Below, piece by piece: positions 63,865-64,000 of a DNA stretch of 64,000 nucleotides (position 1 is its first letter; each line of letters begins with the position of its first letter). The position numbers were made by a program, and so were the translations under genes. Below the pieces are notes generated by a model that ran no database searches, was not told the DNA's origin, and worked only from the letters and a program-made list of their open reading frames with translations. Origin of the DNA: a virus. Location: positions 28,495 through 92,494 of the IMG/VR virus record IMGVR_UViG_3300017917_003339; one strand, written 5' to 3'.

Positions 63865-64000
63865 AATATTTTTTTATTATAAATATACAATAAAGACAAA
63901 AAGTTTTAATTGTTGTCCAAGATAGTGTCCAAGTTAAAACAAACTTAATTTGGTGGTCGTGCAATCTACATCATGATTTCTATGTTTTAAGTGTTAATAA

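Noticed and set aside
1-64000. Stop-codon reassignment, as in some large phages
   Set aside because: Genes are full length in the standard code and no clear suppressor tRNA was seen; the TTAG-containing loop at 25537-25613 is not a canonical 7-nt loop

Overview
64 kb of an AT-rich, almost entirely minus-strand large (jumbo-type, T4-like) bacteriophage genome. The host is probably Bacteroidota, inferred from the recurrent TAnnTTTG-type promoter GTAT(A/C)TTTGCA. The window is a translation and NAD take-over region. It holds about 50 tRNA and tRNA-like genes, tRNA repair and maturation enzymes (Rnl1, Rnl2-like ligase, kinase-2H phosphodiesterase, CCA-adding enzyme, Pth2-like and GluRS-like proteins), NAMPT plus NadM-Nudix, a WGR-PARP, an ABC/OmpA transporter cluster, DNA ligase, DHFR and several homing endonucleases. 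Main discovery: four tRNA operons are each headed by promoter -> short leader ORF -> intrinsic terminator, with an antiterminator segment inside the leader ORF. The sensor codons of each leader match the amino acids of the tRNAs in its own operon (KTYQPG; FADE; LVC; RINHMSW), and the four sets partition all 20 amino acids. This looks like ribosome-mediated attenuation that switches on replacement tRNAs when specific host tRNAs are depleted. Also seen: a circularly permuted tRNA-Lys(CUU), a family of tRNAs carrying a helix+CAGCA module, an HNH+tRNA cassette nested in a split tRNA, and a repeated structured spacer RNA. All calls were made by eye with no database searches, so tRNA ends may be off by 1-3 nt.
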